Source of the DNA: Mantamonas sphyraenae STR306
Lineage: Eukaryota; Protista; CRuMs
Assembly (NCBI GenBank): GCA_026936335.1
Contig: JAPMXV010000001.1
Coordinates: forward strand, 186,001 to 250,000
Length of the DNA: 64,000 nt
Direction: 5' to 3'
Each line of letters begins with the position of its first letter. Within the stretch, counting starts at the first letter, position 1. The notes beneath the pieces are model-generated. The model saw only the letters and a list, made by a program, of their open reading frames with translations. It made no database searches and was not told the origin of the DNA. This document shows, piece by piece, positions 1 through 10,096 of this stretch. The position numbers were made by a program, and so were the translations under genes.

Positions 1-1
1 G

Positions 2-1174
2 GTGGCACAGTACAGCGTGGTGATCAACGCGGCGGAAAAGAGTGTGCAGGCGGAGCTGGAGGAGGTGGACGTGGTGCGACACAAGGAGGAGCTGGTGAAC
101 GCACGGCAGTACCAATTCTACTGCCAGCTGCTGCAGACGAATGTGGAGGCGTCGCGGGAACAGATTGGGATCTATGTGGAGAACTACGAGGCCAAGTTGG
201 TGGAGCTGCAGACGATTGTCAAGTCGCAGACGGCGGTGGCGACGGAGGCGGTGTTTCCACGATTCCTGTTTCTGGCACACATGTGGGAGGGGCTGCAGGA
301 GGAGGAGGAGATCCTGCAGGCGATTGGGGCCATCAGTGACGCGGTGCATCCGTTTTCGACGTCGTTTGAAAGTGCACTGCGGGACGAGGATGTGGAGACG
401 TCGTTTGCTCTCAAGGCAGAGACGGACGCACGGACGGCTGCTGAGGAGGCGGCGGCAGAGGCAGAGGTGGCGGAACGCGGTGGGGCGCCTGCAGACGGGG
501 CTGTGGTGGTGAGTGCCGAGGAGGTGGAGGCAGCAGAGGTGGTGACGGAGTACAAGGGCTTCTGCCCGTGGACTTTGGTGGCACGCGATGGCCTGCTGCT
601 GCAAGGAGACGTGTCGTTGGGTCTGGTGGTCTACAACGAGCGGTACTATGCGTTGGCGTCGTCGCGCGCACTGGCAGAGTTTCTGGAGCATCCAGAGGCG
701 TACGTGGCCGGAGTGGCGGAGGCGGCGCGGAGGTCGCCAGAGTTGATTGCGTTGTTGGGCATCGAGGAGGCGTGGAGTGGAGTGGGGCGACTGGAGGAAA
801 TCCGTGTGCAGATGGGAGCGTGGGGAAGGGACGGGTCGAGCGCAGGCAAGTCGTTCTCGGATGCACAGTGTGGGACGGACGACTATGAGCTGCCGTCGGG
901 TCACGACGAAGGGTACGAGTGGAACGAGTGGGCGATGCGACGCAAGGCGCTGTTGCTTGTGAATCTGCGCAACAAGAGGACGCACTCGACACAAACACAC
1001 AAGAGTCAGTTCCGCAGGGAGGCGGAGACGCAGGTGTATGTGAACAAGGAGAACGGGACGCAGACTGGCATTGACAAGGGGGTCAACCACGCCAAGCGGG
1101 TGCAAAAGGTGATGGGGTTGCGCGGCGGGCGGCAGGAGAAGGTGCACGTTGTGAGTGTGGAGTTGGAGCTGTGA
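2..1174 (+). CDS. CFAP206: Cilia/flagella-associated protein 206 (5'-truncated by the window edge)
   Basis: Motifs EYKGFCPWTLVARDGLLL and YEWNEWAMRRKALLLVNLRNKRTHSTQT..FRRE.ETQV match the CFAP206 C-terminal half as I recall it. Confidence 0.88.
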   Translation: MAQYSVVINAAEKSVQAELEEVDVVRHKEELVNARQYQFYCQLLQTNVEASREQIGIYVENYEAKLVELQTIVKSQTAVATEAVFPRFLFLAHMWEGLQEEEEILQAIGAISDAVHPFSTSFESALRDEDVETSFALKAETDARTAAEEAAAEAEVAERGGAPADGAVVVSAEEVEAAEVVTEYKGFCPWTLVARDGLLLQGDVSLGLVVYNERYYALASSRALAEFLEHPEAYVAGVAEAARRSPELIALLGIEEAWSGVGRLEEIRVQMGAWGRDGSSAGKSFSDAQCGTDDYELPSGHDEGYEWNEWAMRRKALLLVNLRNKRTHSTQTHKSQFRREAETQVYVNKENGTQTGIDKGVNHAKRVQKVMGLRGGRQEKVHVVSVELEL

Positions 1175-1243
1175 GGAATGAATGGGCGATGAATGTGGGA
1201 GCAGTGGATGGGATGGCACATGCACTGCAATTGCGAGAAGGGC

Positions 1244-1256
1244 GAAAAAAAGAAAA
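1244..1256 (-). terminator. Pol III oligo-T terminator of tRNA-Arg
   Basis: TTTTCTTTTTTT on the minus strand just downstream of the tRNA 3' end. Confidence 0.7.
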
Positions 1257-1260
1257 TGGT

Positions 1261-1376
1261 CACCCCCGACGGGATTCGAACCCGCAACCTCCCAGTACCC
1301 GAAGGACGATAGAAGCCGGGTGCGCTATCCAATTTGGCGGGGATGATTGTGCTAAAATCCCATGCGCCACAGGGGT
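1261..1376 (-). tRNA. tRNA-Arg(UCU) with two introns: 1362-1334 at position 14/15 and 1309-1297 at position 37/38
   Basis: Spliced minus-strand sequence ACCCCTG TG GCGC AATTGGATA GCGC A CCCGG CTTCTAA CTGGG AGGTT GCGGG TTCGAAT CCCGT CGGGGGT G folds into a complete cloverleaf. A T-rich Pol III terminator follows. Confidence 0.88.
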
Positions 1377-1645
1377 GGTTTGCGCCTAATGCGGCCGAAC
1401 AGGTAGATAATGGAGTTGGATTTGCATTAAGGAGAAACGGGGTTGCGACCAGGGTGTGAGGATATGGGAGAGATTGTTGTGGACTGGAGAGGGGGGAGAG
1501 GGGGTAGTGTGGGTAGTGGGGGAGAGGAATGGGGGAGTGGGGTGGAGGGATGGAGGCGTGGGGAGTGGGTTCGAGCGAGTAGCGGGAGCGGAGGCAGGAG
1601 AACAAGGAGGGGAACCGTGCCAATTCGACAGTCGGAACCGAGAGC

Positions 1646-2290
1646 ATGAGCGAGCGCTCGGAAGTGTTGCAAGCAGAGCTGCAGGCGATGGAGGACCTGA
1701 TTGGCCAGTTTGACGCGGATGACTTTGAGGACGAGGCGTTTGGGGTGGCAGAGAGTGGACAGGGAGTAGGCGTGGCGCAGGAGACGGATGTACAGGTAGC
1801 GAATGAGGCGAGGGTGGATGATGTGGATACACAGGTGGATGTAGAAGAGGGTAGGCTGCGGGAACCTGCGGATGCCAAGTTTCAATTTCCGTTTGATCCG
1901 TACGACATCCAGGTGGGGCTGATGAAGACGATCTTTGAGACGCTGGAGAAAGGGGGCGTGGCACTGCTGGAGTCGCCGACGGGCACGGGCAAGACGCTGT
2001 CGCTGATCTGCGGGACGCTGCAGTGGCTGGAACAGGAGCTTGGCGAACACGGGCAGCTGGGGCGGAAGGAATGGAGACCCATCTTGGAGGCACAGCAGAG
2101 GGATGGACGAGCAAGAGGGATGGAGGCGGCAAAGAAGCAAAAGAGTGTAAAGAGCAGCAAGGCAGACGGCCTGAGCTGGGTCAAGGCGCACGAGACAAAG
2201 ATCAAGCAAGCACAACAACGGGGCAAAGGGGACAAGGAGAAGGAGCGAGTGAAACGCAAACGCAAAGTGGACGTGGCCTACGAAGACACA

Positions 2291-2324
<34 letters not shown>

Positions 2325-4293
2325 TGGAGCAGAGCAAGGAGGAGATGGACTTTGAGGCGGAGCTGAGGGAGTGGGAAGAGCGGCTGCTGCTGCCTGTGAC
2401 GATGGCAGAACGGGATGGAAAGGAAGAGGAGGAGGAAGAGCAGGTGCGGAAAGTGTACTTTACGAGCAGGACACACTCGCAACTGTCGCAGTTTGTGGCA
2501 GAGTTGCGAAAGACGGCGTACGGACAATGGGCACGTGTGACGGCGCTGGGGTCGCGCAAACAACTGTGCATCTACGACAAAGTGCAGGAACTGGGCTCCC
2601 TGGATCGGATGAACGAACGGTGTATGGAGCTGCAGGAGGGGACGGGTGGAGGGCTGTCTGCGGGAGGTGGTTCGAAACGCAGCAAGACAAGCGGGTGCCC
2701 CTACTACTCACGAGACAAAATCAAGGCTCTGAAGGAGGCCGTGTTGGCACGTCCCATGGACATCGAAGAGCTTGCAGAGTTGGGCGGGTCCAAGAAGCAC
2801 CAGGCGTGTCCGTACTACGCGTCGCGGCGTGCGATCGGGGCGGCGCACGTGGTGTTGCTGCCGTACAGCCTGCTGTTGAACGAACGCGCACGCACGTCGC
2901 TGGGCATCGATCTGAATGGACAGACGGTGGTTGTGGACGAGGCACACAATTTGATCGAGGCGATTGCGAGCACGCACGGGGCCGGCATTGGCGTGGCACA
3001 GTTGGAACGTGCGGCGGCGCAGGTGGATGCCTACGTGGCACGGTTTCGCACACGGCTGCGCAGCGAAAACCTGGATCGTGCACAGCAGGTGGGACGGTTG
3101 GCAAGTCGGCTGGCACGTGCGGGCCGACGGATGAGCATGGAGGAGGATCGTGTGATGACGCTGAACGAATTTGCACGCGAGACCGGAGTGGACGTGTACA
3201 ACCCGTTTGCACTGGGGGCGTACCTGGACGAGTCGCAACTGGCACGCAAGGTGATCGGGTATGCGGCGGCAGGACGGCAGGGTGGAGACCTGACGAGCAT
3301 GCGACGGCTGCAGGGCCTGCTGGAAGCGCTACAGAATGCAAGCAAGGACGGTCGCATGGTGTGGCGTGGCTCTGATGCACGCTTTGAGTTTGTGCTGCTG
3401 AATCCCGGCGGGCACTTTGCACGGGTGCTGGAGAGCGCGCGTGCGGTGTTGTTGGCGGGGGGCACGCTGAAACCGGTGGAGGAACTCACAAGTGCCCTGT
3501 TTGCAGGTGTGCCTCGTCAACGTGTCCACACGTACGCGTGTGGGCACGTGGTGGCGCGCGAGCAGCTGGCGGTGGTGCGTGCACGTGCGGGACCGGATGG
3601 AGGGCGTTTGAACTTTCGGTTTGGAGCGCGAAGCGACAAGGCCATGGTGGCACGGTTGGGCGAGAGTGTGGTGAGTGTGGCAGAGCATGTGCCTGCGGGG
3701 ATGGTTGTGTTTTTCCCGAGCTACGGGTACGAGGAAAGCGTGTGGGGCCAATGGAAGGCGAGTGGGGTGCTGCGACGGCTGCGGGAGCTCAAGCGTGTTT
3801 TGCGTGAGCCACGGGGCGCACGGGGCGTCGAGGCAGTGCTTGAGGAGTACAAAGAGGCAGCATGTGGGGAGGGAGGCGGTGCGGCGTTGTTTGCAGTGGT
3901 GGGCGGGAAGATGAGCGAGGGAATCAACTTTGCAGACGACATGGGACGTGCCGTGCTGATGGTGGGACTGCCGTATCCCAATCGCACAGACGCAGTGCTG
4001 CGTGAGAAAATGGCGTGGGCAGACGCAGTGGAGGGAGGCATTGGAGGCGACGCAGTGTACAGGAACATGTGCATGAAGCTGTGAACCAGAGCATCGGGCG
4101 TGCAATCAGGCACCGTGGAGACTATGCTTGTGTGGTGTTGCTGGACGAGCGGTATGGGGAGGAGCGGGTGGCGTCCGGATTGCCCGAGTGGATGCTGGAG
4201 TGTGTGGTGGACCGGGCCGGGAATGGGCAGGTGTGGGGTGAGGTGGAAGAGGTGATTGGTGGGTTTTTCGAAAGGGTAGGTCGTGGTGAGTAG
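1646..4293 (+). CDS. DDX11: DDX11/ChlR1 Fe-S DEAH helicase (1-nt frameshift near 4078)
   Basis: [31 protein letters not shown], Fe-S cysteines (QLCI, NERC, CPYY), [17 protein letters not shown]. Motif VI '[12 protein letters not shown]' lies in the -1 frame (ORF 4015-4293). Confidence 0.93.
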
Positions 4294-4327
4294 GGGGGGG
4301 GATAGGGTGATCAGATGAGCGGTACGG

Positions 4328-4450
4328 TGGTGAGCCGGTTTCTCCGCCGGGGACCAGAGCCCAGTGCGTTTTCGCCCATGGGCGCTTCGTCGTCCTCATT
4401 GGCCTCCTCGTCGTCCGTTTTGGGGTCTCCATCGTCATCCAAATCATTGT
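4328..4450 (+). repeat. Diverged inverted copy of the 3' part of PUB-PP2C exon 1 (11333-11485)
   Basis: Encodes PEPSAFSPMGASSSS...GSPSSSKS versus PEPSAFSPMVASSSS...GSPSSSKS. The reverse complement aligns at the DNA level with scattered substitutions and indels. Confidence 0.8.
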
Positions 4451-4555
4451 GGGGGAGGAGGGAACGGAGGGAGAGAGGACAGGAAGGTCGCGAGGTGGGA
4501 TTCGGAGATGTTGAATCCAAGACCATTATCTCTCTCTCGAATTTGGTAGTGCGCT

Positions 4556-4674
4556 GCTCCTGTAGCTCAGCCGGTAGAGCTTAGTGCTTATATCCCCTAT
4601 CCAGGTATGCGAAAAGCGCTTCAGTGCGCGTGGAAGCAACGCTATGGTCCCGAGTTCGATCCTCGGCAGGAGCA
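4556..4674 (+). tRNA. tRNA-Ile(UAU) with a 46-nt canonical intron (4593-4638)
   Basis: GCTCCTG TA GCTC AGCCGGTA GAGC T TAGTG CTTATA[intron]A CGCTA TGGTC CCGAG TTCGATC CTCGG CAGGAGC A. CTT/AAG anticodon-intron pairing is present, followed by TTTTTCTTTTT. Confidence 0.93.
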
Positions 4675-4763
4675 ATTTTTCTTTTTGCGCTTCCCAGCAG
4701 GAATGTCCTCAACAACACCTTTGTTGATTCCGTCCTTCCCCACGTCTCGCTCGGTTCAACACA

Positions 4764-5315
4764 TCACTCGTACAGGTACTGGAAGCTCTTGTGCAGGCTA
4801 TTCGGCAAGGGCGAGCGGACCTTTTCGCCGCGCACCTCCCACATGGCAAACAGCAGGCCATAGGCACACATGGTAAAGAGGACAAAGAGCCAACGCGGCA
4901 GGACAACAATGCCCTCCTCGTGCAGGTACCGTCCCAGGCTCATGATGCCCTGCTGGGTAATCCAGGCCACCATTTCCAGCACGCTGGCTGGCTGTTGCAT
5001 GCCCACCAACAACGACGTGCCCATGGCTGCCACAGTCCCGTTCACAGCGTCCTGCTTGCCTCGCATGGCCGTCAGAGCCAACCGCAGGGCCTTGAACACG
5101 CTGACAAACAAACCCAGAGCCACCCCGTACTCAGCTGCGCCCTTGACGCTTGTTGTGATCAGCTTCACCGGGCCATACCCCTTCAGGATCAAACCCAGCC
5201 AGAATTTCATGGGGAAACGGATGAGGCAGCCCATGATGAAGCCTCGCTGCGCTCCTTTGGTCACTTGGTAGATGGACCCGCCCAACGTCACCGGTCTGCT
5301 CTGTGAGTTTGTCAT
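4764..5315 (-). CDS. Tim17/TMEM135/PXMP4-like membrane protein (start uncertain)
   Basis: Several hydrophobic helices. YGVALGLFVSVFKALRLAL..RGKQDAVNGTVAA resembles the TMEM135/PXMP4 fold. Confidence 0.5.
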   Translation of the reverse strand: MTNSQSRPVTLGGSIYQVTKGAQRGFIMGCLIRFPMKFWLGLILKGYGPVKLITTSVKGAAEYGVALGLFVSVFKALRLALTAMRGKQDAVNGTVAAMGTSLLVGMQQPASVLEMVAWITQQGIMSLGRYLHEEGIVVLPRWLFVLFTMCAYGLLFAMWEVRGEKVRSPLPNSLHKSFQYLYE

Positions 5316-5510
5316 TCTGCTGCATGTAAGCAACCCAAGCGCAGCTGTGTCAGTGTGCTGCACTACCCACGCCACACTCACGTCGAAACGACAACCCCTG
5401 TACCTACCTCTGTGTCTGTGCAATTCACGTGGAACCACTCTCGCACAACCAAACCAAGCCCCTCTCATCCCCTCACCTCTTCTCCCCCCCCCCCCCCCCC
5501 CACACACCCA

Positions 5511-6332
5511 ATGTTTCGAAGACGCATGATTCCTGCGTCTGCGCACTATCGCATCGATGCTGAACTCGTCAAGGCGTCCGAGAGCACCCCAGTGACGCGC
5601 ACAGCTGCCGCCGCGCTATACTCGGCCATTGTACCAGCGTCTGCACTGTGCATCACCATGGAAACACACCCTGCGGCATGGGGACTCGTGGCTGCGGTTT
5701 CTGTGGGCAATGCCCTCACGTATCACCGCTGGTGTGAACCTCGTCACCCAGGTCCCCACCCCGACTACACCCAAGAGCAGGTGAACTTTCACCAACTTGC
5801 CACACACAACAACGCCTTTGTACAAACCAGTGACGCCGAACAGATGGACCACAACCAGATCATGCGCATCTCCGACCCGGCCAAGTGGTCTTTCCTCAAT
5901 TCTGCCTCACACTCTCGTGCTCATTTCCGCTCTCGCCGGTTCGTCCAAGACCCCGCGCCCGAGCCATTTTCACCCAGCACAGCCACTGCCCTAGCTCTGC
6001 GCGGTGTCACCATCGGGACCATCTACTCGTGCGTCCTTCTCGGCGGTATCCCCGTGCTGCAGGACGGTGACGTGGGGTTGGGCATCGCCATGTCGTTGAT
6101 GCTCCTCCCCGAGGCCCTGGCCGTGGGCCATCTGTTTGTCAGTCCCATCCTGTATCCAGTGGCATGGTTTCTGGGACGGAGCATCTGCAGGACCCAGAAG
6201 CACCACGAGCACACAGGCCCGTCCGCTCCCGTCGACACCATCACCCAACTCGACCGCTCCTCTCCCGTCACCAACCTGCTGCCTCAAGAGGCAACCCCAG
6301 AGCAGGGGAAACACACCACGAGGACAGGATGA
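5511..6332 (+). CDS. Hypothetical membrane protein
   Basis: Open frame with two clusters of hydrophobic segments; no family recognised. Confidence 0.5.
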   Translation: MFRRRMIPASAHYRIDAELVKASESTPVTRTAAAALYSAIVPASALCITMETHPAAWGLVAAVSVGNALTYHRWCEPRHPGPHPDYTQEQVNFHQLATHNNAFVQTSDAEQMDHNQIMRISDPAKWSFLNSASHSRAHFRSRRFVQDPAPEPFSPSTATALALRGVTIGTIYSCVLLGGIPVLQDGDVGLGIAMSLMLLPEALAVGHLFVSPILYPVAWFLGRSICRTQKHHEHTGPSAPVDTITQLDRSSPVTNLLPQEATPEQGKHTTRTG

Positions 6333-6440
6333 CCAACACGAGGGCGGCAGCAGCAGCACTCCTTCTTTGCGCCAATGAACGCATCCCAAACACACCCACA
6401 CACACCCACTCACCCACCCACTCGCCTCTGATACTCTGGA

Positions 6441-7384
6441 ATGGCAATCACCTCTGAGCAGCATGCCATCATGCGTGCAGTGCTCACGGCTGCCGCCAGC
6501 CTCTCTCTGCTTGGCTCCGTGGCTGTGCTCGTGCTTGTGCTCGTGTTTGACCGCTTCTCTGCACCCCACATCCGCCTGGTCTTCTTCCTGAGTGTGGCCA
6601 CCCTGGGCAAGGCACTGTCCAATCTCATGGGCGACGTCCGTGACGACCCTGTGCTCTGCGACGTGCAGGCCAGCACCAGCCAGTTCTTTGACTGGGCCGC
6701 AAGCCTTTACGTGGGCACCATAGCCCTCACCGTGTACAGCGTCGTGTCCAGTGGCACTCCAGTGCGTTACTGGATGCTCCACCTGGGTGTGTGGAGCCTG
6801 GCTGCCCTCTTTGCAGGCCTTCCCTTCATTGGCGACCACTACGGCCACGCCGGTGCCTGGTGTTGGATCACACGTGAGGGCAATGGCGACGTGTGGCGTT
6901 TCCTCACCTTCTACCTTCCCCTCCTCCTCATCTTCATCGCCATCCTCATCACCTACGTCAAAATCCAGCAGCACATTGCCCACAAGGACGCAACGCAGGC
7001 AGCACCTCGCTACGTGAACGTGCAGAAAGCAAGAAGGAGGTGGAACTGGACATTGTCAGGCGCCTTCGATTGTTTCCCCTTGCCTTTCTTCTCATCTGGA
7101 CCATGCCTTTGGTCAACAGGGTCCACGACTGGATCAGTCCCGACAACCCGTCGTTTGCCCTCCTCATTGCTCATGTGTCCACCGCCCCACTCCAGGGCTT
7201 CGCCTACTCCCTCATGTTCTGTCTCGACCAGGACACACGCCAACGACTCGTCTACTGGCGCGTCTACCTCGACCGCTGTCTCCATCCGCAGGCCGAACGC
7301 AACCGCAGCCAGGCTCGCGCCTTTGTCTTTGACGCCTCCCTTTCCGAGGACGCCTCCGAGGCAGACATCGACACCCTCGAGTGA
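6441..7384 (+). CDS. cAR/GCR1-family (Dicty_CAR) GPCR (frameshift near 6986)
   Basis: 7TM pattern with SLSLLGS, LCDVQA, YGHAGAWCWI and RFLTFYLPL. TM6-7 (RRLRLFPLAFLLIW, PLQGFAYS) lie in the -1 frame. Confidence 0.82.
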
Positions 7385-7546
7385 CACAAACACACACTCT
7401 CTCATTCCACTCCTTCCTCATGGCACTGCACTGTTTCCACACACTCACCCGTGTGGCCCCAACACAAAAACAACAAAAACAAGGTTTACAGCTCGAACCG
7501 CTGGCACCCACCGCCCACCGACCACACACGCACACACAACGACACA

Positions 7547-9010
7547 ATGGTGCACGCGGATGAAGGCTCCGCGTGGGATGTGATCACCACGGTTGTGGCC
7601 ATCCTCTCGTCCGTGGCCATAATGTTTGGTTCGGCCTTCATCTGGAAATACAGGGACTTTCGGGCCTTCAAAATCAAGCAGGTTTCCGTCAATCTAACCA
7701 TGGCCTTTTGTGGGACCATACTCATGTTGAGTTCCATCGTCTCCAACAACCACTACTCCAGGCCCCGTCCGCCGGATTTCTGGACAGAGTGCAGCCTGTG
7801 GAAAAGTACGTTGTTGTCCGTGGGCCCCTTTTGTGCCCTTTTTTGGCACTTTGTGTGGCGTTGCGGATTTCACCCCCCGTCGCCTCCACTTTTCCCAAAC
7901 AGGCCCCGCCCCCCGCTGACGGTCTCATGCGTTGCCCCCGTGCCTGCTGCCTGCTGCCTGCTGCACGCTGCACGCTCTCCTTCTACAGACTGGCTGGGCG
8001 TCTTTCTGGGCATCGGCCCCTGGCTCAACTGCCTCATTCTCCGCTGCGTGCGGCTCAAAATCGTCTTTATCCAAGAACAGCAGACGTCGCCGAAGGACTT
8101 TTGGAAGTACCTGGCTGTACTGCAGGTCCCGTATCTCATCTATTGCATTGGTATGTTGTGTTCCCTCCCATTCCCCGTCTGTGTCGTCCTTCCCCTCGCC
8201 TATGCACGTCGTGGGACTGGGCATCCGGCTGACCCCGCATTGGCGCGTAACGTTTGCGGCCCCCTTCCCCTGCGTACACACAGCAAGCGATGTGCTTGAC
8301 GGCCAAGTATACGAGTCGGAAAAGTGGATTTGCCAGTCGAGCGAGACGGTGTGGACAGTGGTGCTCCTTCTGCTCCTCTTTCTGTACACAGTGGCGTTCC
8401 TGGTGCGTTGCAAATGGCGAGAGGGGAAAGACCCCCCCCATGCTACTTTTCGTCCCCGCCTTCCCCGCCACCCCCCACCACTCCTCCACGGCTAGTCGAC
8501 TACCCCTCCATCCACGATCCCTATCTCCATCCATCTTCCAACCCTGTCCCTCTCCCCTCCGCCACCCTACCCCACCCACCACAAACCCCAACTGGAGAGC
8601 TGTGCTCACATCATCCACTCCCCCCCCCCCCACCCCTTCCTCACCCACAGGTAACTGCCTACCAGATCCGCAACATTCAAGATGAATTCCACGAAGTGAA
8701 CGAAATCAAGGCGGGTGTGTTGATGATCATCCTGCTTGCGCTGACAAACCTGCTTCTGTGGATTGCCAAGATCAGTGGCGACGAGAGCATTGAGTTGAAG
8801 ATTCTCAACCGGGTGCTGTTTACCCTCCTGACCTGCTTTGCCGTCTCCTTCTTCTTCTGGCGATGCAACGGCCCCACCATCGTGGGCATCCTTAGGATGG
8901 GGGCCAACGAGTACGAGTCCTCCCTCAAGGCAAAGATGCACGAGGATCGCATGAAGCGTGTGAGTGTGCAGATGGAAGCAACGCCCAACGCAAGTGGAAA
9001 CAAAGCATAG
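7547..9010 (+). CDS. Family-3/7TM-RGS-like seven-transmembrane receptor, 4 exons (7547-7805, 7989-8150, 8284-8402, 8651-9010)
   Basis: GT-AG introns join in frame. Seven hydrophobic helices; AYQIRNIQDEFHEVNEIK resembles the class C / RGS1 intracellular loop 3. Confidence 0.68.
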
Positions 9011-9278
9011 GCAGCACAATGGTGCATGCATGTCAACAATGAAGCAGGGTCCTGTTCTCTCCTCCCCACTCCCCACTCACTCTCTCTCTCTCTCCGCACA
9101 CACCCGTTGTTCCGTTGTTACGTAACCGTGCATTCCACCCCATCCCGAGTCCCTCCACACACTGTGTCGTCGTCGCATTCTCCCCATTCCCCAGTCCAAC
9201 TCTCCTCGCAATCCACGCCAAACCATTCTCCCGTCCCTTCCCCCGTCCCTTCCTGCAACCACCCCCTCCGCCTCCAAC

Positions 9279-9932
9279 ATGCGCATTCGACGCCAGGGGA
9301 TCCTCGTGGACCTCATCCAACGCCACAGCCACCGGGTGACGGATACACATGTGCAGGCCCTGCTCACAGACTCGGACACTCCGTGGGTATCCCACACAGC
9401 GGTAAAGACGCTGCTGGAGGCCATTCCACCTGAACATGACGATGCCAGCCAACACACACTGGTGTCGATCACACGTGCGTGTGGTCTGCTGGCCCAGGAA
9501 GGCCAGTTCAAACGCAAGGGGCGGTCGGAAGCTGCCACCGCCGCTCTCGCACGCGCCCAGGCACAGGTGGATGAAAAGGAGTACTTTAGCATGGTCAAGG
9601 ATGTGGCCAAGGGATGGCAAAGGTACCCTCAGAACGATGGACAGAACACCTCCATGGCTGTGCGCACCCTGGGCGTCAATGGCAACATTGTCTTTACCGC
9701 CTTGGGCATGGCCACCTTCTGCTATGTGGCCAGCAGGGCCGTTGTCAATGATGAACGCACCCAATGGATCTGTGCCCTCATTGGGGGCATGGCCATGTTC
9801 CTTGTCGAGGTGGTCCTCTTTATCATCCGCGCCACACGCAGCGAGCGTGAGGAGGTCCAGCTTGGCCAAGCCCATGCCAAACGAGGCTTTGCCCCTGCCA
9901 CAGAGAGTGTCCCAAGGGTGAGACCAAAGTGA
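9279..9932 (+). CDS. TMEM199: V-ATPase assembly factor Vma12/TMEM199-like
   Basis: EKEYFSMVKDV followed by two C-terminal TM helices ending EVVLFIIR. Confidence 0.72.
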   Translation: MRIRRQGILVDLIQRHSHRVTDTHVQALLTDSDTPWVSHTAVKTLLEAIPPEHDDASQHTLVSITRACGLLAQEGQFKRKGRSEAATAALARAQAQVDEKEYFSMVKDVAKGWQRYPQNDGQNTSMAVRTLGVNGNIVFTALGMATFCYVASRAVVNDERTQWICALIGGMAMFLVEVVLFIIRATRSEREEVQLGQAHAKRGFAPATESVPRVRPK

Positions 9933-10096
9933 TGGCTGCCTCCACCACAGCACGCCAACGCAAGCAGCGGCGATGATGTTCAGGATGACTCTGCTCTCCA
10001 ACGCAACCAATGTCCATGTCACACCCTATCTACTCTCACCCCCTCCCTCCCATCTCAACAAAACCATCCATTGCCATCCATCCAATCATCCATCAT

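Noticed and set aside
4070-4090. DDX11 as a pseudogene or with stop-codon readthrough
   Set aside because: All motifs are intact and a single missing G restores the frame; an assembly error is more parsimonious.
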